A DNA stretch of 26,304 nt, taken from NCBI GenBank assembly GCA_044220955.1, contig JBGAQA010000091.1:1-26304 (forward strand), read 5' to 3'. This document shows, piece after piece, positions 1 through 9,644 of the stretch. The translations under genes and the position numbers were made by a program. A model generated the notes under the pieces. That model was not told the DNA's origin, ran no database searches, and worked only from the letters and a program-made list of their open reading frames with translations. The stretch is from Sandaracinaceae bacterium (GTDB lineage Bacteria > Myxococcota_A > Polyangia > Polyangiales > Sandaracinaceae). The number at the start of each line of letters is the position of its first letter. Position 1 is the first letter of the stretch.

Positions 1-205
1 TCTTGCGAGGCCTCGGGACGAGGCGAGGCGCGCGAGGAAGGCGCCCGGCGTCGTGCCTCGTGCGGCACGCGGGCGGACTGCAGATCGACGGCGGGGAGCT
101 GCGCGGCCTCGCCGTCGGCCACCTCGGGCGCGGTGCGCGCCGAGGGGGCTCGGAGCCACACGGCGTGCCGGTGTGGTGATCTGCCGGATGGACTACCGTC
201 GCCCG

Positions 206-1246
206 ATGGGCACGCGAGCGAGAGGGTCGAGCGCGCTGGCGTTCTTCGTCGTGCTGGGGAGCTGCACCGGAGGCGCGCCCCCCGGCGCGATCGACTGGAC
301 GATGGGCCGGGTGATCGCGGTGGATGTCCCCTCGACGATGCTCGAGGACGGCGGCGAGACGCTGGACCTCTGCTACGCGCTGACGCTGCACAACGACGTG
401 CCGATCTACGTGTCACAGGTGGCGATGCACGGTACGACGGGCGTGCACCACTCGAACTGGTTCTACGTCCCGGACTTCTACTTCGACGGCGACGACGGCC
501 TCTTCAGCTGCGCCGAGCGGCACTTCGATCCGTCCGGCGCGGCGACCCACGGCGGAGTGCTCTTCGCGCAGTCGACGCAGGCGACCGACGAGACGATGTC
601 GTTCCCGGCCGGCGACGCGCTGATGGTGCCGGCGAACGCGCGGTTCGTCGTGAACCTGCACTACGTGAACTACTCGGGCGGGCCGCTCACTCCAGAGATC
701 TCGCTGCGCGTCAGGACCGTCTCGGAGTCGGACGTGACGACGCGCCTTCACGGCTTCGCGTTTCAGTACGACGACCTGCACATCGCGCCGCGCACGTCCT
801 CCGAGTTCACCGTCGACTGCGATCTGGACGCGACGAGTCGCAGGAGCCTCGGACATCCCCTCGACTTCGGCATCCACTACGTGCTCCCGCACTACCACTC
901 CTTCGGGACCTACCTGCGGCTCGGGATCGTGGGCGGCCCGCACGATGGCGCGACGATCTGGGAAGCCGACAGCCGGATCGGCGAGCCGCTCGGGAGCCCG
1001 ATCTCGCCGCCGGCCGACCTCACCGGCGCGACGGGCATCCGGCTGACCTGCCGCTACGACAACCCCGGCGACACGGAGATCCTGTGGGGCAACGGGGGCG
1101 GCGAGATGTGCATCGCGTTCGGCTACTCGGACAGCCCGAACCTCTGGGCGAACGTCGGCGGCAGCGGCACCATCACGGGCACGAGCGGCGGCGTGACGCG
1201 GGCGACGGCGTCGTGCACGGTGATCACCGCCCGCCCTCCGCTCTGA
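206..1246 (+). CDS. Copper type II ascorbate-dependent monooxygenase-like (PHM/DBM fold) lipoprotein
   Basis: Signal peptide with lipobox-like VLGSC; PHM-type ligand set GVHHS, NLHYVN, PHYH, EMC; TACCGT 6 nt before ATG206 (alternative ATG188). Confidence 0.75.
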   Translation: MGTRARGSSALAFFVVLGSCTGGAPPGAIDWTMGRVIAVDVPSTMLEDGGETLDLCYALTLHNDVPIYVSQVAMHGTTGVHHSNWFYVPDFYFDGDDGLFSCAERHFDPSGAATHGGVLFAQSTQATDETMSFPAGDALMVPANARFVVNLHYVNYSGGPLTPEISLRVRTVSESDVTTRLHGFAFQYDDLHIAPRTSSEFTVDCDLDATSRRSLGHPLDFGIHYVLPHYHSFGTYLRLGIVGGPHDGATIWEADSRIGEPLGSPISPPADLTGATGIRLTCRYDNPGDTEILWGNGGGEMCIAFGYSDSPNLWANVGGSGTITGTSGGVTRATASCTVITARPPL

Positions 1247-1434
1247 GGACATGCAGCCGCCACGCTCGAGCCCGATCAGCCGGGCCAAGCGTGCCGACGC
1301 GAGCGGGCCGACACGATCGTGTCGGGTCCGCAGGCGCGAGGCTCGGGGGACTTCGGCAGGATCCGATCGCGGTCGGGCATCACGCAGAAGCGACGGCCCT
1401 CGCGCGAGCCGCGCGGCCGCGACGGCGACGGTCG

Positions 1435-1463
1435 TTGACGCACCCGCAGGCGACGCCGATCCT
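1435..1463 (+). promoter_or_regulatory. Putative sigma70 promoter TTGACG-N17-GATCCT, 6 nt upstream of GTG1470
   Basis: Motif and spacing read directly; -10 box is non-canonical. Confidence 0.4.
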
Positions 1464-1469
1464 CGCTCG

Positions 1470-3607
1470 GTGGACGCGATGTGGGAGTGGGCGCTCACCA
1501 CGCGCTGGGCCAGCCTCGTGCTCCCCGCGCTCGCGGCGGTGTTGGTCGGGACGCCGGCGCTCGTCGCGGCGCGCGCGGTCGCCCAGAAGCGTGCCCGCGA
1601 TCTCGCATCGCGCTTCGACGGCGCGCGCAGGCGGCTCGCGGACCTCGAGTCGGGCCCGAGCGTGGTGCTCGAGGGCGTGCTCGAGGCGACGGGCGATCCG
1701 ATCCTCGGCATCGGCTCCGGCGAGAAGCGGCTCGTCGCGAGCGCGTCGAGCGTCGACGGTGGCGAGACGACCCTGCTCGCGCAGGCCACGGCCGCGGGGC
1801 TCGCGATCCGGCTCGAGGACGGGGCCGTCGCGCTCGACGGGCCCGTCTCGATCGCGTGGGGTGACCCGGAGGTTACGCCGCGCCGGGTGGGCTCGCTCGC
1901 TCGCGCCGCGCGCGACCGACTGCTCGCGGCGGCGCCGGGGCTCGCCGAGTCGCCGGTCCGATCGCCCATCGCGCTGCGGGAGCTGGCGGCGGGCGCACGC
2001 GTCGTCGCCCTCGGCACGCTCGCGACCGCGGAGGGTGGATCGTACCGGGCGGATGCGCAGCGCGTGCTCCGAGGGGACGAGCGCGACCCCGTCGCGATCG
2101 CATCCGCGCGGATGCCGCGGCCGTCCGCCAGGCGCGTGCCTGCCCTCGTGGTCGCGCTCCTCGCGGCGATGCTCGCGACGGTGGTGCCCTACGGGCTCCT
2201 CGAGCAGCAGTGGCCCGAGTGGTACGAGTCCCCTCCCTGGCAGCCGAGCGCCCTCGAGACGCTGGTGTTCTTGACGCCGCGCCGCCGCGAGGCCGTCGCG
2301 CACATCCACCGCTCGTCTCCCGCACCGACGGCGGCAGCGGTGCGCGCGTGGTCGCTCGCGACGGCGGCCTACGGGGACTGCGATGCGGCGGGCCAGGCGC
2401 TCGCGTGCCGGGGCCTGCCCCTCGACGACCTCCTGCGCGCGCGGTGCACGCCCACGCCGCTCGCGCGCGTGGCCGCCGCCCGCCACGACGGGCGCGCGGG
2501 GGACGCGGACGCGCTCGCCTCGCTCCCGGAAACCGTCCCCGCCCTGCACCGCGCACGCTTGCAGGTGGAGGCAGGTGAGTTCGCCGGCGCCGCGCGAGCG
2601 GTGGCAGGCGACCTCGGCACATGTGTCGCCACGGGCCTCGGGATCGCGGCGGGGGACCAGCCGCTCACCGCCCTCGAGCACCGCGCCCACGACGAGGACG
2701 TCCGGTGCGCGACGATGCTCTTCGCGCTCGATCCCGCTCGCGCGGGGCGCCTCGCCCCCGGGGAAGGCCCCGGCTCCTCGCTCGCGGCCGAGCTCGCTCT
2801 GATCGACGCGCCCGAGCACGCGCCCGCCGACGAGGACGGCGACTGGCCCTCCGGACGCCCGCTGATCCTCGGCATGCCCGAGGTCTGCGACGCGCTCTGC
2901 GCCGCCGCCCGGCGCGCGCTCGAGGGCGGCAGCGCGCGACCTCGCCGGCACGCTCGCATGCTGCTCCCGGCGCTCGAGAGCGCGCTCGCATCGGGTGACG
3001 CTCCTTCGTTCGAGCACGACCTCGCGCTCGTCACGCCGCATGCGCCCCCGCTCGCCGTCGCTCGGCTGCGCGCCGCGTGGGCGATCGTGTGGCAGGACGG
3101 CGAGGCCGCGCGCGCCGCCGTCGCCGCCATCCCTCGCGCCGCCGATCGCGAGGACGATGCCTACGATCGCGAGTACCTCGCGGCGCTCGCGAACGCGCGC
3201 GGCTCCGAGGCGCAGCGCGACGCGCTCGTGCGAGCGCGGGCTGCGACTACGGCGGATGCATGGGCCCGGAGCGGCTCGCGAGCCGGCTCGCCGCGGCGAG
3301 CGAGGGCGGCCTGGTCGCGGCGCGGCACAGCTGGGCCGAACTGGCGGCGGGCGCGTACGTCGCGAGCTTCGTCGAGCGCGACGAGCGGCTGTTCGTGCGG
3401 GTGCTCGAGCAGCGGCCCATCGGGCCGTGGCAGTCCATCGAGGGCCTCGCCGCCGACGCGCTCGTCCTGCGCGGCATGGCCCGCCAGCTCGGGGACGAGA
3501 CGTGGGGCGAGGACCTCGACCGGCGGCTCGCCAGGTACCGCGCGATCCTCGAGGATCGACGGCGCGCGGTGTTCCTGCGCGTGATCGCCGACGACCCGGA
3601 GTGGTGA
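1470..3607 (+). CDS. Large Ala-rich membrane protein of unknown function, frameshifted near 3230
   Basis: Two hydrophobic segments (WASLVLPALAAVLVG; ALVVALLAAMLATVVPYG). Protein-like sequence moves from ORF 1251..3584 to ORF 3077..3607 at ~3230; one extra G (gtg|gcg) restores the frame. Confidence 0.6.
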
Positions 3608-3814
3608 TGCCCTCGGGTCGCGCCGCGGACCTGCGTCCCGCCGATCGATCGTCATCAGGCACGAGGAGGGCATCGACCCGGTGCTCCGCGCGAGCTCGCG
3701 CGAGACGGAGGGCTCGGACGACCGAGCGAGCCCGCCGGCCTCGCCGAGCGAGCTCTCCCCCCAGCAGAGACGCATGCGTCGCCGTCGGCGATGCCGCACG
3801 CGAGCGTCGCCCCG

Positions 3815-4069
3815 CTACTCGCCGAGCTCGCCGCAGGTCCACTGCCGCCGCGGCGCGTCGTCGATGATCACGCGCCGGCACTCGCAGACGACGCCGCGCC
3901 GCGGGTAGCGACAGGTCGCACCGGCCGGCGAGCCTCCGCAGCTCGACCCGTCTGGCGGCGGGCGATCGGGACACGCAGGCGGCGGGACGTACACGTCGGC
4001 GTGCGCACCGGCGTCCGCGAGACACGCGAGCGAGACGAGCAGCGCGACGAGGACGCGAGACGGGTGCAT
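3815..4069 (-). CDS. Small secreted Cys/Pro-rich protein (84 aa)
   Basis: MHPSRVLVALLVSLACLADAGAHA signal peptide, then a mature part with 6 Cys (CPDRPP..C..CRY..CEC..WTC); it is the C-terminal part of listed ORF 3815..5932. Confidence 0.65.
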   Translation of the reverse strand: MHPSRVLVALLVSLACLADAGAHADVYVPPPACPDRPPPDGSSCGGSPAGATCRYPRRGVVCECRRVIIDDAPRRQWTCGELGE

Positions 4070-4359
4070 GCGGAAAGGACAACGCCTACGGGGGAAACGT
4101 TCCCCGGATTCGGGAGGATCCCGAGACGTCGCGTTCACGGAGCGACGAGCGCGTCGAGCAGGCGCGTGGAGTCGCTCGGGCTGCCCCAGGAGCGCGCCCC
4201 GAGGATGCCGAAGCCCTGGCGTCGGACGACGAAGCCACTCGGGCGTGTGCGTAGGGGTGAGCGACGCTTCCTCACGCCGTTCGACGACCTCACCTGGCGT
4301 CGGCCGATCGGCGAGATCGATCGCGATCTCGGTCGGTAGCGGCACCCCGGCGCGCAGCC

Positions 4360-6195
4360 TCACATCAGCCCGCCGGGGAGCGCGTAGCTCGTCGCCTGCA
4401 GCGGTACCTCCACGTCCACGAAGCGAACGCGCCGGTGCAGGCGCTCGGTGTCGTACCCCGGGATCTGAACGCACGCGCCGATGGGCGCGCCGGTGATCGT
4501 TCCGTCCGCGAGGTCGAGGCCCGTCGGGCCCATCCAATCCTCGCCGACGACCGCGCCGCACTGGGCAGCTCCGGCGATCGCGAAGCGCTGCACCTCGAGC
4601 GTGGCGCCGAAGTGCGCCGACACCCCGAACCCGCCGCGGGGCGGGTCGCAGCCCTCCTCGAAGCACGCTCGCTCCACGCCGACGACGTCGACGTCGGTCG
4701 CCGTGACCCGCGCACGCCAGAGCGCGCCGATCGCGGCCACGTGCGAGGCCTCGATGCGCGCCCGCGTGATCGTTCCGACCGTGTCGTCCTGGAACCACAC
4801 GCCGACGCCGTAGTTCCCGTGCGCGTCGGTCCCCGTGCGGAGGACGACGAGATCGCTCGCGTCCAGAACGGCCCCCATGTCGACGAAGATCGCCGCCGCG
4901 TGGTTGCCCTCGAGGAGCACGCGGGAGAGCACGGCGTGCGCGCCCAGCATCGCCTGCAGGCCGATCCCGAACTGTCCATCGTCGAGCGGCAGGGTGCCGT
5001 CGACGACCGAGTCGGTTAGCTCGAGCAGCGCGCGATCGGCGAGGATGATCGAGGAGTTGCTGTTCCGGGCGAAGCGCGCGCGGTGCAAGGTCACGGTCGC
5101 GTCGGCGAAGATCTCCAGGCCGTACCCGAGAAGGGGCCCGGCGCGCGGGACGGTGTCGCTCACCAGCAGGTCGTCGCCCACGAGGTGTGCGCCCTGGTCC
5201 ACGAAGATCCCCTGGTCGTGGCTCTCGGTCACGACCACGCGCGCCAGCGTGGCGCTCGCGTGCCTCGAGATGCGCAGCCCGTCGCCGAAGCGTCCGTCGG
5301 CGAGCGGCCGCGTGCGCGCGATCACCACGTCGGAGAGCTCGATCCGGCCGTCGACGTCCACGAAGACGCCGTCGTCCTCGTCGTCCTCGATGGCCGCGCG
5401 CTCGACCGATGCGCTGCTGCCCGGGCCGAGCTCGAGGCCGCGACCGAAGAGGCCATCGGCGTCCACGCGACCGTGCCGGAGCGCCGCGCCTCGGAGCGTG
5501 AGGGTGCCGCTCGCCACCCACACGTCCTCGACCTCGGCGCCGTCGATCACGACTTCCTCCACCGTCGCGTCGCCGCGAACCACGAGGCCGAAGCGCGCCG
5601 GATCGGCGATCGAGAGATTGCGGACGCTTCCGTCGTGGACCTCGATCACCCCGAGCTCCTCGGCGGTCGTCGAGGGACGGCTGGAGGTGAGGCGCGTCCC
5701 ATCGACACAGGCGCCGCGCAGCTCGAGGCCGCGCGCTACGACCAGATCCTCGTCGTAGCGGCCCGTCGCGATCGCGATCAGCGCGCCGTCGGGCGCCGCC
5801 GCGATCGCCGCGGTGATGCTCCGGAACGCGCGCGTCCGATCCGATCCGTCGCCGCCCGCGGTCGCGTCGTCGTCCACGTACACGAGGGCGCGGCCCGGCG
5901 GAAGATCTGCGGGCCACCCGTCGACGGCGCACGCGCTGCCGAGCCGCACGCAGTCGGCCGTCCCGGGGAGGTGCACCGCGTCGAACGCGCAGTCGGTGCG
6001 CTGCCCGCCCGCCGGCCAGGGATCGCAGATCAGGGCGCCCGCGAGCGCCGTGCTCTGCCGCCAGCCGCTCGGACAGGGCGTGAGGTGCGCCGGCTCGGGC
6101 GCGGCCACGTCGGGCGGCACCGTGGTCGCGGGAGGTGCTCCCCGACAGCCGCCGACGAGCACCAAGAGAGCGAGGATCGTCCGTCGCTGCACCAC
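4360..6195 (-). CDS. Lipoprotein with right-handed parallel beta-helix repeats (DUF1565/pectin-lyase-like start)
   Basis: Lipobox LVGGC; Cys-rich N-terminus; VYVDDDATAGGDGSDRTRAFRSITAAI...GRYDE motif; repeated 'G.FG.GL.I....ATL.R' units. Confidence 0.75.
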   Translation of the reverse strand: MVQRRTILALLVLVGGCRGAPPATTVPPDVAAPEPAHLTPCPSGWRQSTALAGALICDPWPAGGQRTDCAFDAVHLPGTADCVRLGSACAVDGWPADLPPGRALVYVDDDATAGGDGSDRTRAFRSITAAIAAAPDGALIAIATGRYDEDLVVARGLELRGACVDGTRLTSSRPSTTAEELGVIEVHDGSVRNLSIADPARFGLVVRGDATVEEVVIDGAEVEDVWVASGTLTLRGAALRHGRVDADGLFGRGLELGPGSSASVERAAIEDDEDDGVFVDVDGRIELSDVVIARTRPLADGRFGDGLRISRHASATLARVVVTESHDQGIFVDQGAHLVGDDLLVSDTVPRAGPLLGYGLEIFADATVTLHRARFARNSNSSIILADRALLELTDSVVDGTLPLDDGQFGIGLQAMLGAHAVLSRVLLEGNHAAAIFVDMGAVLDASDLVVLRTGTDAHGNYGVGVWFQDDTVGTITRARIEASHVAAIGALWRARVTATDVDVVGVERACFEEGCDPPRGGFGVSAHFGATLEVQRFAIAGAAQCGAVVGEDWMGPTGLDLADGTITGAPIGACVQIPGYDTERLHRRVRFVDVEVPLQATSYALPGGLM

Positions 6196-6311
6196 CGGTC
6201 GAGGGTAGCGCGACGGCGGACGATCAGGACGTCATCGAGCCACACGGGCGCGCCCCGTGCGAGCACCGAGGAGTACGTGCGCGGGATCGTGGGGTGAGAT
6301 CGGGAAGTGTC

Positions 6312-7445
6312 CTATGCCAGCGCCGCTCTCGCGCGGGCCGCGTTGGCGCCGCCCGCACGTACCCAGCTCTCGAGGAGCGGTCGCACCCAGCTGGCGTGGG
6401 TGGTGAGCCACGCTCTCGCTTGCTTCTGGACGCCCGAGCCGTCGCGCGTCAGCGCGAGGACGAGCCCGACGGCCGCGGGGCTCCTCAGCTCGGCATACGA
6501 CGCGAGGGCGTCCGCGTGCATGGTCTTGGGGTAGGCCTCCACGGCGCGCGCTTCGTGCGCGAGCGCCGCCTCGCCGCCGAGGAAGAGCAAGCGCGCGCTC
6601 GAGGGCCCGATCATCCACTTCTGAGGCTTCCAGTCGAACGCCTCCCACAGCGCGCCGAGGGATCGCGCCACGTGGTCCTCTTGGCCGTCGAGGAAGGTCA
6701 GATCGAGCTGCGATGCAGGGGCGTCCGAGCCCGGCTCTGCACCGTAGCAGCGCTTGTCGCGGAGGTACTTGTAGCCCCTGCGAACGATCCCCGCGGGGCC
6801 GTGCAGGGAGATGTCGAGGTAGCGCGCGCCATGCCGCTGCGAGCGCGCCGTCAGCAACGCATCGAGCCGCGCTCGAGCCGCAGCGTGGTCCTCGGGCAGT
6901 ACGCGCAGGAGCAGGCCGTGCACCACTTGCCAGATCGGCTGAAGGACGTTGTTGTTCCACGGTCCCGGCGTGCCGCCCGCCTCCCCCGCAGGGAGCCCCT
7001 CGAGCACGTCGAGGAACGCCGAGAGCATGAACGACGGGCCGAGCATCGCTTCGAGCGCACCGAACGGCATGATCCCCGCGACCGGGACGTGGCGCTTCAG
7101 GATCTCCACGGCCTCGTCGGGCTCGATCGGGGCCGGGCTCGCCGGCGCCGCGACCGGCTTCGTCCACACGGAGTGCCCCTCGCGCAGGACGTGAATGGCG
7201 ACGTTGCGGTGCGCGACCGCGTCGACCCACTTCGCCTTCGCGAGCTTGGACGGGTCCACGTCCGGCAGGAGCGTCGTGGGTCCGAAGTTCGCCGCGCCGT
7301 GTCCGAGCGCGAACGCGAGATCGAGCTCCGGCGTGAGCGCCCAGCCGCTGCGCAGGAAGCGCGCGCCGTAGGCCCGGGCTCCGTGCTCGAGCGCGCGTGA
7401 GGCGAGCGGTGGGGGAGCGGCCTCGCGAGCCTTCTTCGTTGCCAT
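6312..7445 (-). CDS. Hypothetical protein (377 aa), helical C-terminus
   Basis: Long ORF with normal GC3 bias; ATG7445 preceded by TACAGT at 8 nt. Confidence 0.65.
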   Translation of the reverse strand: MATKKAREAAPPPLASRALEHGARAYGARFLRSGWALTPELDLAFALGHGAANFGPTTLLPDVDPSKLAKAKWVDAVAHRNVAIHVLREGHSVWTKPVAAPASPAPIEPDEAVEILKRHVPVAGIMPFGALEAMLGPSFMLSAFLDVLEGLPAGEAGGTPGPWNNNVLQPIWQVVHGLLLRVLPEDHAAARARLDALLTARSQRHGARYLDISLHGPAGIVRRGYKYLRDKRCYGAEPGSDAPASQLDLTFLDGQEDHVARSLGALWEAFDWKPQKWMIGPSSARLLFLGGEAALAHEARAVEAYPKTMHADALASYAELRSPAAVGLVLALTRDGSGVQKQARAWLTTHASWVRPLLESWVRAGGANAARARAALA

Positions 7446-7533
7446 GACGGCAGACTGTACACCGAGGACAGTGCGACTCGCCGGTGATCGCGCGCGGGCA
7501 GCTCGCCCGACGGCGTGCGACCTCGTGGATCCC

Positions 7534-7579
7534 CCTCGCAAGGTGAGACGCGAAGTGCAAGGTGGTTCGATGTGGCGAG
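7534..7579. repeat. Direct repeat A, copy 1 (46 nt)
   Basis: CCTCGCAAGGTGAGACGCGAAGTGCAAGGTGGTTCGATGTGGCGAG; matches 9487-9530 with 2 substitutions and a 2-nt indel. Confidence 0.9.
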
Positions 7580-7631
7580 TGGCGGAGCAGGTCGCGGCAG
7601 AGCTGCTCGAGTCGTCCGCGCCGAACCGGCA

Positions 7632-7954
7632 TCACCGCGCTGCGAGCTCGTCGAGGGTGCGCGTGCCGATCACCGCGGGGGCGTTCGGTGACGGCTCGCC
7701 GGACACGCGGCGGACGACGACGACGCCGTCCTCGCCGATGTCCGCGGCGAGCACGTACGTGTCGTCGGGGGTACGGAGCACCGTGGGACCTCAGCGGTCG
7801 CGAAGGTCGTGACGGCCCACCACCGCACGTCGATCGCGTCGTCGGACGCGTCGGAGGCGCTCCCGCCGCTCCGGGCCTGTTCGCGCCACACGACGGTTCG
7901 CTCGATCACGACGCCGAAGCGCGCGGGCCTGAGGCGCTGTGCTAACACGTGCAT
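7632..7954 (-). pseudogene. Small hypothetical ORF with a frameshift at ~7786, or a gene remnant
   Basis: ORF 7670..7954 continues in another frame as PTVLRTPDDTYVLAADIGEDGVVVVRR...DELAAR* if one base is added to GGG at 7785-7787. Confidence 0.35.
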
Positions 7955-8165
7955 CTGTACGGTGTGCGCGTCCTCGCCGCACTACGCGTACAGCGGTCCG
8001 GCGGCAGCTTCGGCAAGCCGTCGAGCGGCGCGAGAGCGCCACCCGCGCTCGAGCCACCACCGCGCGCGGCGACACCCACGACGACCAGCGACTCGCTTGC
8101 GACCCCGCCACACGCTTCGGCGCCAGAGCCTGCTCTCGAGAACCGGTCCGACTGACCGGCGGCGA

Positions 8166-9104
8166 TCACCCCACCACGCGCACCACGACGTTCCCCTTCT
8201 TGTGGCCTGTGTCCACGTACCGGTGCGCCTCCACGATCTCCTCGAGTCGGTATATCCGGTCGATGACCGTCCTGAGCTTCCCGGCCTCGATCTGGCCCTT
8301 GAGGAACTCCAGATCCGCAGCGCTCAGCTTCATGCTGGTACCGGAGTCCTTGAGGACGTTGAGGTACTTCCCCGTCGGGGTCAGCGAGCCTCTCACCTTC
8401 GAGCGCGAGAGCTTCCCGACGGCGTCGAAGATGACGTCGTAGCGCTCGCCGTTGCGCGTGAAGTCCGAGGTCGTGTAGTCGATGACCTTCTCGGCTCCGA
8501 GCGAGCGCACCAGCTCCACGTTGCTCGCGCTGCACACGCCTATGACCTGGGCGCCGAGGTTTCTGGCCAGCTGGACGGCGAAGGTGCCGACGCTGCCCGA
8601 GGCGCCGTAGATCAGCACCGTCTTTCCGCTCCGGATGCCTGCCTTTCGCAGAATGTTGAGCGCAGTCGGCGCGCCGTTGGGGACGGTCGCCGCCTCCTCG
8701 TGGCTCATGTTCACCGGCTTCTTCACGAGCGCCATGTGCTGCGGTAGGCAGAGGTACTCGGCATAGGCCCCGAACAGCATCTCGGTGCCGCAGAAGACCT
8801 CGTCACCTTGCTTGAGCGAAGTGACGTCTCGACCCGTCTCCTCGACGACGCCGGACAGCTCCATGCCCAGGATCTTCCGGCGCGGCCCCCTGAAGCCGAT
8901 GGCGAAGCGCATGAACATCTTCATCAGCACGTCGAGCACCGGCCCCATCCCCGGCCTCATCGCCCTGAGCTTCGTGTCGCCTACGTGAACCGTCGTCGCG
9001 TGGATCTTGATCAGCACCTCGTCGTTCTCGGGGACCGGCTTGGGGACCTCGACGAGGCGAAGAACCTCCGGCGGGCCGTACCGCTCGCAGACGACGGCTC
9101 TCAT
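8166..9104 (-). CDS. NAD(P)-dependent MDR-family (quinone oxidoreductase/alcohol dehydrogenase-like) oxidoreductase
   Basis: MRAVVCERYGPPEVL start, GASGSVG nucleotide-binding motif, YDVIFDAVG, AHRYVDTGHKKGNVV end; GGAGG SD before ATG9104. Confidence 0.9.
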   Translation of the reverse strand: MRAVVCERYGPPEVLRLVEVPKPVPENDEVLIKIHATTVHVGDTKLRAMRPGMGPVLDVLMKMFMRFAIGFRGPRRKILGMELSGVVEETGRDVTSLKQGDEVFCGTEMLFGAYAEYLCLPQHMALVKKPVNMSHEEAATVPNGAPTALNILRKAGIRSGKTVLIYGASGSVGTFAVQLARNLGAQVIGVCSASNVELVRSLGAEKVIDYTTSDFTRNGERYDVIFDAVGKLSRSKVRGSLTPTGKYLNVLKDSGTSMKLSAADLEFLKGQIEAGKLRTVIDRIYRLEEIVEAHRYVDTGHKKGNVVVRVVG

Positions 9105-9486
9105 GGGTAACCTCCCACCGAGGATACGCGACTTCCGGTCTCGGTGTAGGCGGGGAGGGCGTCGGAGGCGTCGGAGGAGGCTCGCGGGCGGAGCGTGCCC
9201 GACCCCGAGAGGACGACCGATGCCCCCACGCGCGCACGTCGCGCCGCCGCGTCGCGCGCGAAGTGCTCCTCGAGGTACGCGAGCTCGGTCTCCGTCCGCG
9301 CGAACGTTGCGCCCCATGCGCTGAGCGCGAGCTCGTCGTCTCTCGACTGCGCGCTCGACGCCGCGCGCGGATCTCTCGGTCGCCCACGATGCACACGCGG
9401 CGACGGTTGTGCGCGTAGGCGATCGAAGCACCTCGCACGACCAGGCCGCGGGTCGTGCCGAGGTGTGCGCGCCCGACGCGGACGAG

Positions 9487-9530
9487 CCTCGCAAGGTGAG
9501 ACGCGAAGTGCGAGGTAGTTCGATGGCGAG
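9487..9530. repeat. Direct repeat A, copy 2 (44 nt)
   Basis: CCTCGCAAGGTGAGACGCGAAGTGCGAGGTAGTTCGATGGCGAG. Confidence 0.9.
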
Positions 9531-9644
9531 GGCGCGGTCGAGAGGGCCTGCCGGGACCGCGACCGAACGCCGGCAGGCGATCGGCGAGGCCGGCCGCCAC
9601 GCACCGCCTCGACGCAGATCTCGCCCCTCCGATCCCGGGCGCGC

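Noticed and set aside
4110..4339. Possible plus-strand gene remnant (ERRFLTPFDDLTWRRPIGEIDRDLGR*)
   Set aside because: No credible start and no recognisable family.
7534..9530. CRISPR repeats or IS ends
   Set aside because: Only two copies, ~1.95 kb apart and in direct orientation; no spacers, cas genes or transposase.
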